UHGV virus genome: UHGV-0196443
Strand: one strand, 5' to 3'
DNA length: 38,343 bases
From: a virus
Shown here: positions 18,090 to 25,134 of the stretch, piece by piece
How the letters are laid out: each line of letters opens with the position of its first letter
Position numbering within the stretch: position 1 is the first letter of the stretch
The notes under the pieces: generated by a model
Seen by the model: only the letters and a program-made list of their open reading frames with translations
Database searches by the model: none
Told to the model about the DNA's origin: nothing
Position numbers and translations under genes: made by a program

Positions 18090-18815
18090 TTAAATCATGC
18101 CTCCTCTAAAAAGATTTAATACATTGTTTTTTCTTGGTTTCTTGTCTTCCTGTGGTTTCTGCATTGCTGCAATCTGCTGCCGGAAGCTCTCCTGACTATT
18201 TAACTGTCTTTGCATATCGGACAGCTTCTCCAGAATCTCTTCTGTATTGACCGGTTCTGCTGTCTTTCCCATGATCTCATCAATGAGTCCATATTCCAGC
18301 GCCTTTTCCGGAGTGAGGTAAGTCTCATTTTCCATTAACTCAATCAACTCACTTTCCTCAATCTTCGCCCTTTCCAGAAAAACTTGCCGGTTTGCTTCCA
18401 TCATGTCATCCAGATCATCGGCATATTTTCTCAGTTGTGTTGCATTGCCCGAGCAATACATCCACATATTGTGTATCAGTGCCGTTGTACCTAAACACAT
18501 TTTTCTTGTGTCACACGCCTGTAGAATCAAAAACGCAACACTGTGTGCTACACCATCCACAATCCCGACTTTCTGGTTTTGTTTTTGCTTCAGTAAATTG
18601 TAAATAGCAACGCCCTCTTTTACGGATCCACCATTTGAGTTGATATGCAGCTCAATTGTCTGTCCTTCTGGAATTTCACTCAGTTTCTCTGCAAAATATT
18701 TCGCGGAAGTCTCCGAGTCCTTATATTCCCATGCGTTCCAGTCAAATTCTCCATATTCTGTCACATCATCATAAATGTACAGAAGTGTTTTGTTCTCTGC
18801 CTGAACAGGCTGCAT
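18090..18815 (-). CDS. Prohead protease, ClpP/S14 family
   Basis: 241 aa. INSNGGSV...GVAHSVAFLILQACD...MWMY matches the ClpP-like Ser/His region. Confidence 0.85.
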   Translation of the reverse strand: MQPVQAENKTLLYIYDDVTEYGEFDWNAWEYKDSETSAKYFAEKLSEIPEGQTIELHINSNGGSVKEGVAIYNLLKQKQNQKVGIVDGVAHSVAFLILQACDTRKMCLGTTALIHNMWMYCSGNATQLRKYADDLDDMMEANRQVFLERAKIEESELIELMENETYLTPEKALEYGLIDEIMGKTAEPVNTEEILEKLSDMQRQLNSQESFRQQIAAMQKPQEDKKPRKNNVLNLFRGGMI

Positions 18816-18856
18816 TCTCCAGTTTGTTATGTTTTTCCTTGTCTCACCTCTTTCCT

Positions 18857-18900
18857 GGTTTGATTTATAAAAAGAGCACCTACCATTTCTGATAGATGCT
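18857..18900 (-). terminator. Rho-independent terminator closing the moron, just upstream of the protease RBS
   Basis: Minus-sense AGAGCAUCUA-loop-UAGGUGCUCU (10 bp, one G.U) followed by UUUUUAUAAAU. Confidence 0.45.
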
Positions 18901-18920
18901 CTGATTACTGTATCTAATTT

Positions 18921-19163
18921 TTACAACATTTCCTGTATTTCCCTCAATTTATTTTGAGCCTTATAAGCCATATCCAGGATCATATTGGCTTTTACGCCTG
19001 CGTGTTTATAATACTCTCCATCAATCTTCCATATATCTTCTTTCCCATTTATGTCTTGTTCGAAATATTCCTGATCCAAATCATTGCTCAATACATAAAT
19101 TCTCTCAAGTATTATTTCTGCTTCACTTACAACATTACTAATTTTGATGTTTAATTCATTCAT
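18921..19163 (-). CDS. Hypothetical acidic protein (moron gene)
   Basis: 80 aa, AT-rich codon usage unlike the flanking head genes. ATGA overlap with the upstream gene. Confidence 0.45.
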   Translation of the reverse strand: MNELNIKISNVVSEAEIILERIYVLSNDLDQEYFEQDINGKEDIWKIDGEYYKHAGVKANMILDMAYKAQNKLREIQEML

Positions 19164-19393
19164 CTTATGCTCTCTCCTTCTGATTCTCTCAACATTTGCG
19201 CATACAAAAAGCCATTTCTAAATTCAAAATCTGATATAGCATTTATATATTCATCGAGAGCTCTTGAAAGATTACTTTCCGCTTTTCCTACTTCATCTGG
19301 GACCATCCAGTTAACATTCTCCATATAATCGCTACGAATCTGTTCAAGTTCCTGTTCTGTATATTTTTTCATCTCACAGCACCTCCGCGTCAA
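19160..19393 (-). CDS. Hypothetical protein (moron gene)
   Basis: 77 aa in the track. Likely start is the internal MKKYTEQ... (19372) with SD GGAGGTG 7 nt upstream. Confidence 0.45.
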   Translation of the reverse strand: MTRRCCEMKKYTEQELEQIRSDYMENVNWMVPDEVGKAESNLSRALDEYINAISDFEFRNGFLYAQMLRESEGESIR

Positions 19394-19949
19394 GAAACAT
19401 TCCTATTTGTTCATATTCTGGTCTTTTTGCAAAATTTGCAATCACTTTTATACCATATTGTTCGCAAATGAGTTTTGTATTTTCTGCAATTTCTTTCGGT
19501 GCCGACTGATTATTTTTCATGATTGTTGCAAGTGAATTGATCAATCGAGCAACTTCTCCCGGTTTATCTGTTATCGGTATTTGTGTTACCTGATGTTCCA
19601 TCTCATAAAAGCGTTTTACATATCTGGCAGTAAATAAAACGCCCTTTTCTCCAGTAGATTTATTTGCCAAAAAATCACAACCTAATTTTGTGACTTCATA
19701 ACACTTATTTTCTTTTCCGCTGATGTCTCGATATGTGGATGGAATAAAATAATCACTCACAGCCATTTGGCTCTCAGTCATAATCTGTATGTATCCCTTC
19801 CTATCTTTTCTTCCATCCAGTTTTCTCAAAATATCATTATGTGATATTTCCATCATATCTGCTACTTCCATTGTGGTAATTGTTGATTTCATTAAATCAT
19901 TCATAATAATAAAAACTCCTTTCAAATTCGTTCTTGAAAGAAGCTTCAT
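19374..19949 (-). CDS. Rha-family phage regulatory protein-like (putative antirepressor)
   Basis: TTMEVADMMEISHNDILRKLDGRKDRKGYIQIMTESQ...YEVTKLGCDFLANKSTGEKGVLFTARYVKRFYEMEH matches the Phage_pRha pattern. Likely start at 19905 (MNDLMKST, SD GAAAGGAG). Confidence 0.55.
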   Translation of the reverse strand: MKLLSRTNLKGVFIIMNDLMKSTITTMEVADMMEISHNDILRKLDGRKDRKGYIQIMTESQMAVSDYFIPSTYRDISGKENKCYEVTKLGCDFLANKSTGEKGVLFTARYVKRFYEMEHQVTQIPITDKPGEVARLINSLATIMKNNQSAPKEIAENTKLICEQYGIKVIANFAKRPEYEQIGMFLDAEVL

Positions 19950-19961
19950 TCTGCATTATAA
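19933..19961 (+). promoter_or_regulatory. Consensus sigma70-type promoter on the plus strand (TTGAAA-17-TATAAT)
   Basis: ttgaaa (19933-19938), 17-nt spacer, tataat (19956-19961). Opposite orientation to all surrounding genes. Confidence 0.45.
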
Positions 19962-19967
19962 TATTTA

Positions 19968-20035
19968 CAGAAGGAAACTTCTTTGTGTGAACAACCGTTG
20001 ATACTGTGGTAGGTGCGACGGTTGTTTTATTTTTT
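19968..20035 (+). ncRNA. Candidate cis-antisense small RNA (about 68 nt) opposite the Rha-like gene leader
   Basis: Runs from the promoter above to an intrinsic terminator: AACAACCGT (19990-19998) / ACGGTTGTT (20018-20026), 9-bp stem, then TTATTTTTTG. No plus-strand ORF. Confidence 0.35.
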
Positions 20036-20212
20036 GTCCAATTCAGCTTGTACTAAATCAATTCCATGATTTATAACATCCGTCTTGCTTACCTCCATTT
20101 TGTCTGCGCAATATTGAAGCTTTTCAGCTTCCTGTGGTGTCAGACGTATTTCAAGACGCTCTGTCTTTTTATTCGCTGTTGGACGTCCTGTTCTTGGGGA
20201 CATTATCTTCAC
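20027..20212 (-). CDS. Ribbon-helix-helix (CopG/Arc-like) DNA-binding protein
   Basis: 61 aa. ...RLEIRLTPQEAEKLQYCADKMEVSKTDVINHGIDLV fits the RHH beta-alpha-alpha pattern. SD GAGGTGA. Confidence 0.6.
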   Translation of the reverse strand: MKIMSPRTGRPTANKKTERLEIRLTPQEAEKLQYCADKMEVSKTDVINHGIDLVQAELDKK

Positions 20213-20221
20213 CTCACTTTC

Positions 20222-20247
20222 GCCCGTACATAAGTTATAACATATGT
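20222..20247. promoter_or_regulatory. 26-bp near-perfect palindrome overlapping the RHH promoter (candidate autoregulatory operator)
   Basis: CGTACATA-AGTTATAACA-TATGTACG, with 8-bp perfect arms and an inner GTTATAAC palindrome. It overlaps the -10 (TATAAC) of a TTTACT-17-TATAAC minus-strand promoter, about 25 bp upstream of the RHH ATG. Confidence 0.45.
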
Positions 20248-20299
20248 ACGTACAAAAGTAAAGAGGTTTTTAAAATTTTTCCACCCTACCTTATGGAAT

Positions 20300-20345
20300 T
20301 AAAATAAGACACAGCATTTCGCCATGTCTTTCGGTGCTTTCCGGG
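20300..20345 (-). terminator. Terminator-like hairpin after the portal gene
   Basis: Minus-sense AAGACAUGG...CUGUGUCUU stem followed by AUUUUAAUU, directly after the portal stop. Confidence 0.35.
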
Positions 20346-20385
20346 GAGATCAGGAACATACCCTGAAAGGACTCCTCCCCTATTT

Positions 20386-21561
20386 TCAATTTTCTTCATT
20401 TTTCACACGCTCCCCTGCCAAATCAGAAAGCAGGTCTTGAATCTTACTATAATTTTTCGTCATAAAGTGCTGGTTTGCCCAGTCTTCTTCAATTCTCGGT
20501 TTTCCGAGCACTTCCAAAATATCATTGATCGTGAATGCTCCGCTTGAGATCAGCTTGTCTACTGGAGTTGCAATATCAAAAATATCAATATGCTTGACTG
20601 CCAGAGTCTCTATCTTCACATAATTTCCTGCTTTAAATCCTTTGTATCCATTTCTCTTTCGGTTGATCTCCTGCTGCAGCATCTTAATGAGCGGATCTAT
20701 CACAAAGGTCAGAAGTTCATCAATCGCTTTCCCTGTATCCTGTACATCTCCTTTGGCCAGACTCGGCGGGAAAGAAAATGCTCTTGCTGTAAATTCAAAG
20801 ATGTCATCAGCTAGAGACTTGATATCTCGTGTTGACTCTGTAGAATACGTCTTTCCGCTTTCTGAAATATCCTGATATTCGTATCCGTCAAATAATGGCA
20901 ACACCGCACTGTCGCTTTCAAAGAAGTTCTTAAAATGCGTGCTCATCAACTCCTGGAATGTTTCATCGAAATTCTCACTTTCCTGTGCAATTGCTCCAAT
21001 ATTCAGGATTCCTTTTTTTCCTCTTGATTTTTTATAGGCATCCTGCGCATATATCAGTAATTTTGAATACGTTTCATACATCCCATTTGTGAGATTCCTC
21101 ATATTCTCTGAATTTAATTCAAAAAACATGACTTCCGACATTTCCCGTGTTTCAGGCAATTCGTAACCGTCAAATGTGATCCCGCTGAATCTGTACTCCT
21201 TCAATGCCAGTACCTCTTTGCTGTAACTGTCTGCCACATAAATGTGATTGTTTACTTCTACCACAAGGCATTCATTGTTCCGGTACAGCTTGCCAATCAG
21301 CTTATTCATGAATGATGTTGCATTCTGATTCTGATTTGGTTCGTAATTCCAAAGATAATACTCCTGTCCTTTTACCTCTTTCTTCTTGATATACGTTTTA
21401 AATTCACATTTGCTGATGGCATTTGCAATTTTATTGACACAAGTCCAGAAAGCCAGCTCTCTCAGATACACTTCGTACATAGCACTCTGCACATCTTTAT
21501 CTTTCATAATGTCATCCACTGTAATCCTTGTGGTACTGCTGCCTCCAAGTTTTTTGATCAA
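20386..21561 (-). CDS. Portal protein (HK97-family-like)
   Basis: 391 aa between TerL and the head genes. Size and composition are typical. Confidence 0.8.
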   Translation of the reverse strand: MIKKLGGSSTTRITVDDIMKDKDVQSAMYEVYLRELAFWTCVNKIANAISKCEFKTYIKKKEVKGQEYYLWNYEPNQNQNATSFMNKLIGKLYRNNECLVVEVNNHIYVADSYSKEVLALKEYRFSGITFDGYELPETREMSEVMFFELNSENMRNLTNGMYETYSKLLIYAQDAYKKSRGKKGILNIGAIAQESENFDETFQELMSTHFKNFFESDSAVLPLFDGYEYQDISESGKTYSTESTRDIKSLADDIFEFTARAFSFPPSLAKGDVQDTGKAIDELLTFVIDPLIKMLQQEINRKRNGYKGFKAGNYVKIETLAVKHIDIFDIATPVDKLISSGAFTINDILEVLGKPRIEEDWANQHFMTKNYSKIQDLLSDLAGERVKNEEN

Positions 21562-21597
21562 CCAGTCTTTAATACTTAATTTCCTACATTCACCCCC

Positions 21598-23310
21598 TTA
21601 ATAATTATAAACCTGTATTTTCGGTGTTGGTTTTGCCCGTTTCTGCGGCAGCACGTTTTCCACAGTCATCGCCGCTACAAATGCCATAAATGGGTCTGTT
21701 TTTCTGCTTTTTCCTTCTATTTTTCCATATACATAATTTCCCATATCGGCATCATCCTCTTTTCCTGGTTTTCTTCCATGCCTGATTAGTTTTGCATTAT
21801 TGGTGGCCCACCTTAATTCTGGAGCATCTCCCCACCGTAACCATTTATTTACAAAGCAGCTATCAATCAGAGGTGCCACTTTCATAATGTCTGATGGCCG
21901 GATCAGCTTCAGATTCTTATTTACTTTCATATCAAAACCTATTTCCTGCAGATATTTCCCGATCAATGCGAAACGAAAATCATCCAAGGCCAAAGCTTTG
22001 ATATTGTAGGTGCGTTTTGCTTCCTGTATATAATTTGTAAGCAATGACGGATGTATTTCCACGTCATCTACAAGCGTCAATCTTCCGGAATCCGCCCACT
22101 CTTTCCATGGAGCCTTTATCCTCGGAATGTCTTTCGAATTTAGGCACATCCATGAATGGCTGATGTCAAACCGTTCATCTCCATCTCGGAAATGAAGATC
22201 TACGGAAGCCCAATCTGTTAATTTTGTATAATCAATTCCACAAACACAGCTCCATCTTTCCAGATCCGGCAGTAAGATATTGGTCGCTTTGATATTATCC
22301 CACTCCGTCACACTCATTTCTTCTGCATTTTCTGGAATATTCATTCGCTTTGTCATGAATGCCGGAAGTCTTCTCGGATTTTTCTTCCATTCCCGGTATT
22401 CTTTTCTGATCTCTTCCATAAGACTTGGCAGGTATGGTAACGATGGATTTGCCATCGGCCAGTTTTCTTCCTGATCCACATCTTCCTTTTTATTCAGTTT
22501 ACAGATAAATGGTAACAACCCATTATCCGGTTCGCCACCCCGTAATATCTGTTCGGATGTTTCCAGTAGATCATCCAGCGGTCCTTCCCGCACGTCACCA
22601 TTTGTCGTGTAATAAGAACGCCTTGGATGTTTCTTCTTACCAAGTCCTGTTGTAAAGACGTTTATATTCTTATAGTCTTCATATTGATGGATCTCATTAA
22701 AAATACATATTCCGGAACGAAGACCGTCTTTTCCTTTCGGACTGTTTGTTCTTCCCTTCATAATAGACTTTGTTTTTAAGCATAAAACCTGTTCCTTCGT
22801 CCATCGGAAGAATTTCTTTAATTTCTTTATCACAGATGGGCGCTCAAATGCATTGATCACATCATGAACCGGCCGCATTGCCTGGTCCTCATTATTGGCA
22901 CAGATATCTACATCGTACTCTCTGATTCCATTATGCGGGGACATTAAACACACTGATTCGAGCGCAATTGTACCATCTTTTCCCGCTCCTCTCCCCAACA
23001 TACAGAATAAATCCGGCCATCTTGGAAGCCCGGATTCTCTCCAATATGTGCAATCGTGAAGTCCGATCACAAACTTCTGCCAGGGAAATATTTCTACAAA
23101 CGGGAAGTATTTTGACATCCCGATATATTTCTCCAACTGATCACAATCTATATAAATATCTTCATGCTCAAAACACCATTTTACATGCGCAACAAGCAGC
23201 TCCTGCTCTTCGCATACTGCATAGATTTTTTTCTCAACTATATCAATCCATTCCTGAATATATGGATGTATGTTACAGCTCATCTTCATCATCTCCCGAA
23301 TCATCGCCAA
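21598..23310 (-). CDS. Terminase large subunit
   Basis: 570 aa. N-terminal ATPase with Walker A-like GRGAGKDG. C-terminal nuclease-like region with acidic residues. Overlaps TerS. Confidence 0.9.
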   Translation of the reverse strand: MAMIREMMKMSCNIHPYIQEWIDIVEKKIYAVCEEQELLVAHVKWCFEHEDIYIDCDQLEKYIGMSKYFPFVEIFPWQKFVIGLHDCTYWRESGLPRWPDLFCMLGRGAGKDGTIALESVCLMSPHNGIREYDVDICANNEDQAMRPVHDVINAFERPSVIKKLKKFFRWTKEQVLCLKTKSIMKGRTNSPKGKDGLRSGICIFNEIHQYEDYKNINVFTTGLGKKKHPRRSYYTTNGDVREGPLDDLLETSEQILRGGEPDNGLLPFICKLNKKEDVDQEENWPMANPSLPYLPSLMEEIRKEYREWKKNPRRLPAFMTKRMNIPENAEEMSVTEWDNIKATNILLPDLERWSCVCGIDYTKLTDWASVDLHFRDGDERFDISHSWMCLNSKDIPRIKAPWKEWADSGRLTLVDDVEIHPSLLTNYIQEAKRTYNIKALALDDFRFALIGKYLQEIGFDMKVNKNLKLIRPSDIMKVAPLIDSCFVNKWLRWGDAPELRWATNNAKLIRHGRKPGKEDDADMGNYVYGKIEGKSRKTDPFMAFVAAMTVENVLPQKRAKPTPKIQVYNY

Positions 23311-23662
23311 CCGGCTTAATTCCTAGGCTGTCCAGTATTTTAAGCATTTGAGCATTGACCTTAATCCTCTGATCTATCGAGTCATTTTTCTTTTGCCCTT
23401 TTTGACCTCCTCCATTATTATATTCAACGATAGCGCCTCTCTTTTTAATGTCTGCGATCAGTTCGTTCTCCAGGTCCCAGAAGTCCATATATTTATCGAC
23501 CAAGTCGATGTAATATTTCCCTGTGGTTCCATTCCGGGCCAGCTGATCAAGAAGGTCCTCTTTAATTTCCACTCGCAATAATTCTTTTCTTGTTTTTCTC
23601 GCCCTTATACCACCCCCTCCGTCACGCGCGCACGAGAAATTTCTTTTGTCGGGAGCACCCAC
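23273..23662 (-). CDS. Terminase small subunit (P27/Terminase_4-like)
   Basis: 129 aa. The C-terminal NAQMLKILDSLGIKP pattern is typical of P27-family TerS. The track start is GTG, and the true start is uncertain. Confidence 0.6.
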   Translation of the reverse strand: MGAPDKRNFSCARDGGGGIRARKTRKELLRVEIKEDLLDQLARNGTTGKYYIDLVDKYMDFWDLENELIADIKKRGAIVEYNNGGGQKGQKKNDSIDQRIKVNAQMLKILDSLGIKPVGDDSGDDEDEL

Positions 23663-23730
23663 CGGTCTCTACGGGGCAAATTAAAACCCGATTTTTTCGA
23701 CCGGGGGTATCCTGACAATTTGATTCTTCT

Positions 23731-24069
23731 TTACCATTTTTCCTCTGTCAGCGGTTCTTTTTTCTTTTGCTTTCGATATCCATGAACCTCTTCATGACAA
23801 TCATGACACAGACTGATCAGGTTTCTCCGTTTCTCACCTCTGAAGCTGTACCAGATTTCCAATGCTTTATCTGGATGCTTCTTTACATAATTCACATGAT
23901 GAACCGTCGTTGCCTTTGTATACTTTCCACGTTTCTTACATAACTGACATTCATATTTATCAAGCTTTAACACCTGTTCTCTCAATGCTTTCCACTTGCC
24001 CCATGTATAGAATCTGTGGATATTTTCTCTTATGCATTTCTTTACAAATGCAATCTCATGTTCTGTCAT
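23731..24069 (-). CDS. HNH endonuclease (terminase-associated)
   Basis: 112 aa. CQLC...HHVNY...N...CHDCHEEVH is a zinc-finger HNH motif. Sits immediately upstream of TerS, the arrangement typical of cos phages. Confidence 0.85.
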   Translation of the reverse strand: MTEHEIAFVKKCIRENIHRFYTWGKWKALREQVLKLDKYECQLCKKRGKYTKATTVHHVNYVKKHPDKALEIWYSFRGEKRRNLISLCHDCHEEVHGYRKQKKKEPLTEEKW

Positions 24070-24082
24070 ATTCTCACCTCAA

Positions 24083-24154
24083 TTGCAGGAGAAGGAATCG
24101 AACCTTCGACCTTCAGCTAAGGAGACTGACGAGCTTCCACTGCTCTATCCTGCT
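24083..24154 (-). tRNA. tRNA-Arg(CCU)-like gene (72 nt cloverleaf with A1.A72 mismatch, no encoded CCA)
   Basis: Minus-sense folds by hand as AGCAGGA-UA-GAGC-AGUGGAA-GCUC-G-UCAGU-CUCCUUA-GCUGA-AGGUC-GAAGG-UUCGAUU-CCUUC-UCCUGCA-A. D, anticodon and T arms are canonical, with U33 and anticodon CCU. Position 37 is U and the 1-72 pair is mismatched. Confidence 0.45.
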
Positions 24155-24255
24155 ATATTTGTGCGATGTCGCACAGTGTAGGCTTTTGCCCAGAGCCTTT
24201 TATCGTCTTTGCTCAGGACGCAGAAAAGCATCCGGCTTTCGCCAGATGCTCTCTG

Positions 24256-24462
24256 CTATTTTCCATTATTCACTTCTTCTACAAATTGCTTCATCAGCTT
24301 TGTAAGCTGTGTTCCCATCGCAACACCAGATTCTTTGCAGGCTTCCTTGAACTCTTCTGCTACTTTCTTGTTAATCTTATATGTTTTTGGAACTAACCCT
24401 GCTTTCTCATCCCACTTATCTTGTGGTCTCTGTTTCTTTTCTTCATTACCGAGCATGCTCAT
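24256..24462 (-). CDS. Ribbon-helix-helix-like small DNA-binding protein
   Basis: 68 aa. KTYKINKKVAEEFKEACKESGVAMGTQLTKLMKQFVEE fits a beta-strand plus two helices (Arc/MetJ/CopG-like). Followed by a terminator-like hairpin (AGCAUC...GAUGCU UUUCUG). Confidence 0.45.
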   Translation of the reverse strand: MSMLGNEEKKQRPQDKWDEKAGLVPKTYKINKKVAEEFKEACKESGVAMGTQLTKLMKQFVEEVNNGK

Positions 24463-24543
24463 CCCTCACTTTCTTTATGAGGCAATAAACCAGCTTTGCT
24501 ATTCCTATAGCAATGAAGAATATTCCTAACTTCCACAACATCC

Positions 24544-24572
24544 TTTACACAAATGAGCTTTCATGTTATATT
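24544..24572 (+). promoter_or_regulatory. Plus-strand promoter with extended -10 (TTTACA-17-TGtTATATT) facing the small peptide gene
   Basis: tttaca (24544-24549), 17-nt spacer, tgt-tatatt (24564-24572). Convergent with the minus-strand peptide ORF. Confidence 0.4.
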
Positions 24573-24574
24573 TA

Positions 24575-24715
24575 TTTTGAAGAAGGGCTTTCGCCCCTCT
24601 TAGCTAATTAAATAGCTTGTCGAGAATCATTAAAAGGATTCCAACGAATAAGTCCAGAATCGCACTGACCGCCAATGTCTTTATATCGATTTTGGACTTT
24701 TTCTTTTGTTTCTTT
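24575..24715 (+). ncRNA. Candidate antisense RNA covering the 38-aa peptide ORF (type-I antitoxin-like)
   Basis: Runs from the promoter above to a plus-strand intrinsic terminator. GTCCAGAATCG (24649-24659) / CGATTTTGGAC (24683-24693) forms an 11-bp stem with one G.U, followed by TTTTTCTTTTGTTTCTTTTTG. The terminator lies inside the peptide ORF on the opposite strand. Confidence 0.35.
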
Positions 24716-24722
24716 TTGCTCA
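24606..24722 (-). CDS. 38-aa Lys-rich single-TM peptide (MSKKKQKKKSKIDIKTLAVSAILDLFVGILLMILDKLFN), type-I toxin-like or holin-like
   Basis: Not in the track (<60 aa). Strong SD GGAGGTGA 8 nt upstream of the ATG. Consensus promoter and palindromic operator upstream. Fully covered by the convergent antisense unit. Confidence 0.45.
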
Positions 24723-24748
24723 TTTGTATCTCACCTCCTTACAACTAT

Positions 24749-24777
24749 ATAATACCACATACGTATACGTATGTCAA
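24749..24777 (-). promoter_or_regulatory. Minus-strand promoter TTGACA-17-TATTAT with an 18-bp perfect palindrome in the spacer
   Basis: -35 at plus 24772-24777, -10 at plus 24749-24754. The spacer contains ACATACGTATACGTATGT (24756-24773), a perfect palindrome and candidate operator. Confidence 0.45.
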
Positions 24778-24799
24778 CACTTTTCTCAGAGGTTTTTAA

Positions 24800-24872
24800 T
24801 CCGGACAACGGGAATCGAACCCGTGACACACAGCTTATAAGGCTGCCGCTCTGACCGATTGAGTTATGTATC
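24800..24872 (-). pseudogene. Decayed tRNA remnant (intact T-arm and anticodon arm, acceptor stem unpaired)
   Basis: Minus-sense ...GCAGC-CUUAUAA-GCUGU-GUGUC-ACGGG-UUCGAUU-CCCGU-UGUCCGG-A. The 5' half (GGAUACAUAACUCAAUCGGUCAGAGC) looks like a mutated D-arm, and the 5' acceptor strand does not pair with the 3' strand. Confidence 0.3.
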
Positions 24873-24888
24873 CATATTTTTGTATTAG

Positions 24889-24912
24889 AAAAGACGCCCT
24901 AATGGACGTCTT
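24889..24912 (-). terminator. Rho-independent terminator downstream of the ATPase/TOPRIM cassette
   Basis: AAGACG-CCCTAATGGA-CGTCTT hairpin. The minus sense is followed by UUUUCUAAUAC. Confidence 0.45.
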
Positions 24913-25134
24913 ACATTTGTCTCATCTTCACATCAACTGCCTCTTTTCTGGCATTATGATGCTGGTTCTGATTCTCCGGCTTTACCTTTTGAGTAATGCT
25001 GTTGAATTTTTCATTGCTTTTCTTTCTGTTTGACTTCTCTTGATCCTTCCTATCCACTTTCCTCACCTCAGATATAGTATGTGAAGAATGGAATGTTTTA
25101 TGTATTGAAAAAGCTCCATAAAAGATACTTTCCT

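Noticed and set aside
23663-23730. cos site between the TerS start and the HNH gene
   Set aside because: The HNH plus TerS/TerL arrangement is consistent with cos packaging and this is the expected place. However, no defined sequence feature could be recognised without end-mapping data.
24800-24872. Second tRNA as a functional gene (anticodon loop CUUAUAA would read AUA)
   Set aside because: The 5' acceptor strand cannot pair with the 3' strand in any register, and the D-arm is mutated. It is kept only as a tRNA remnant.
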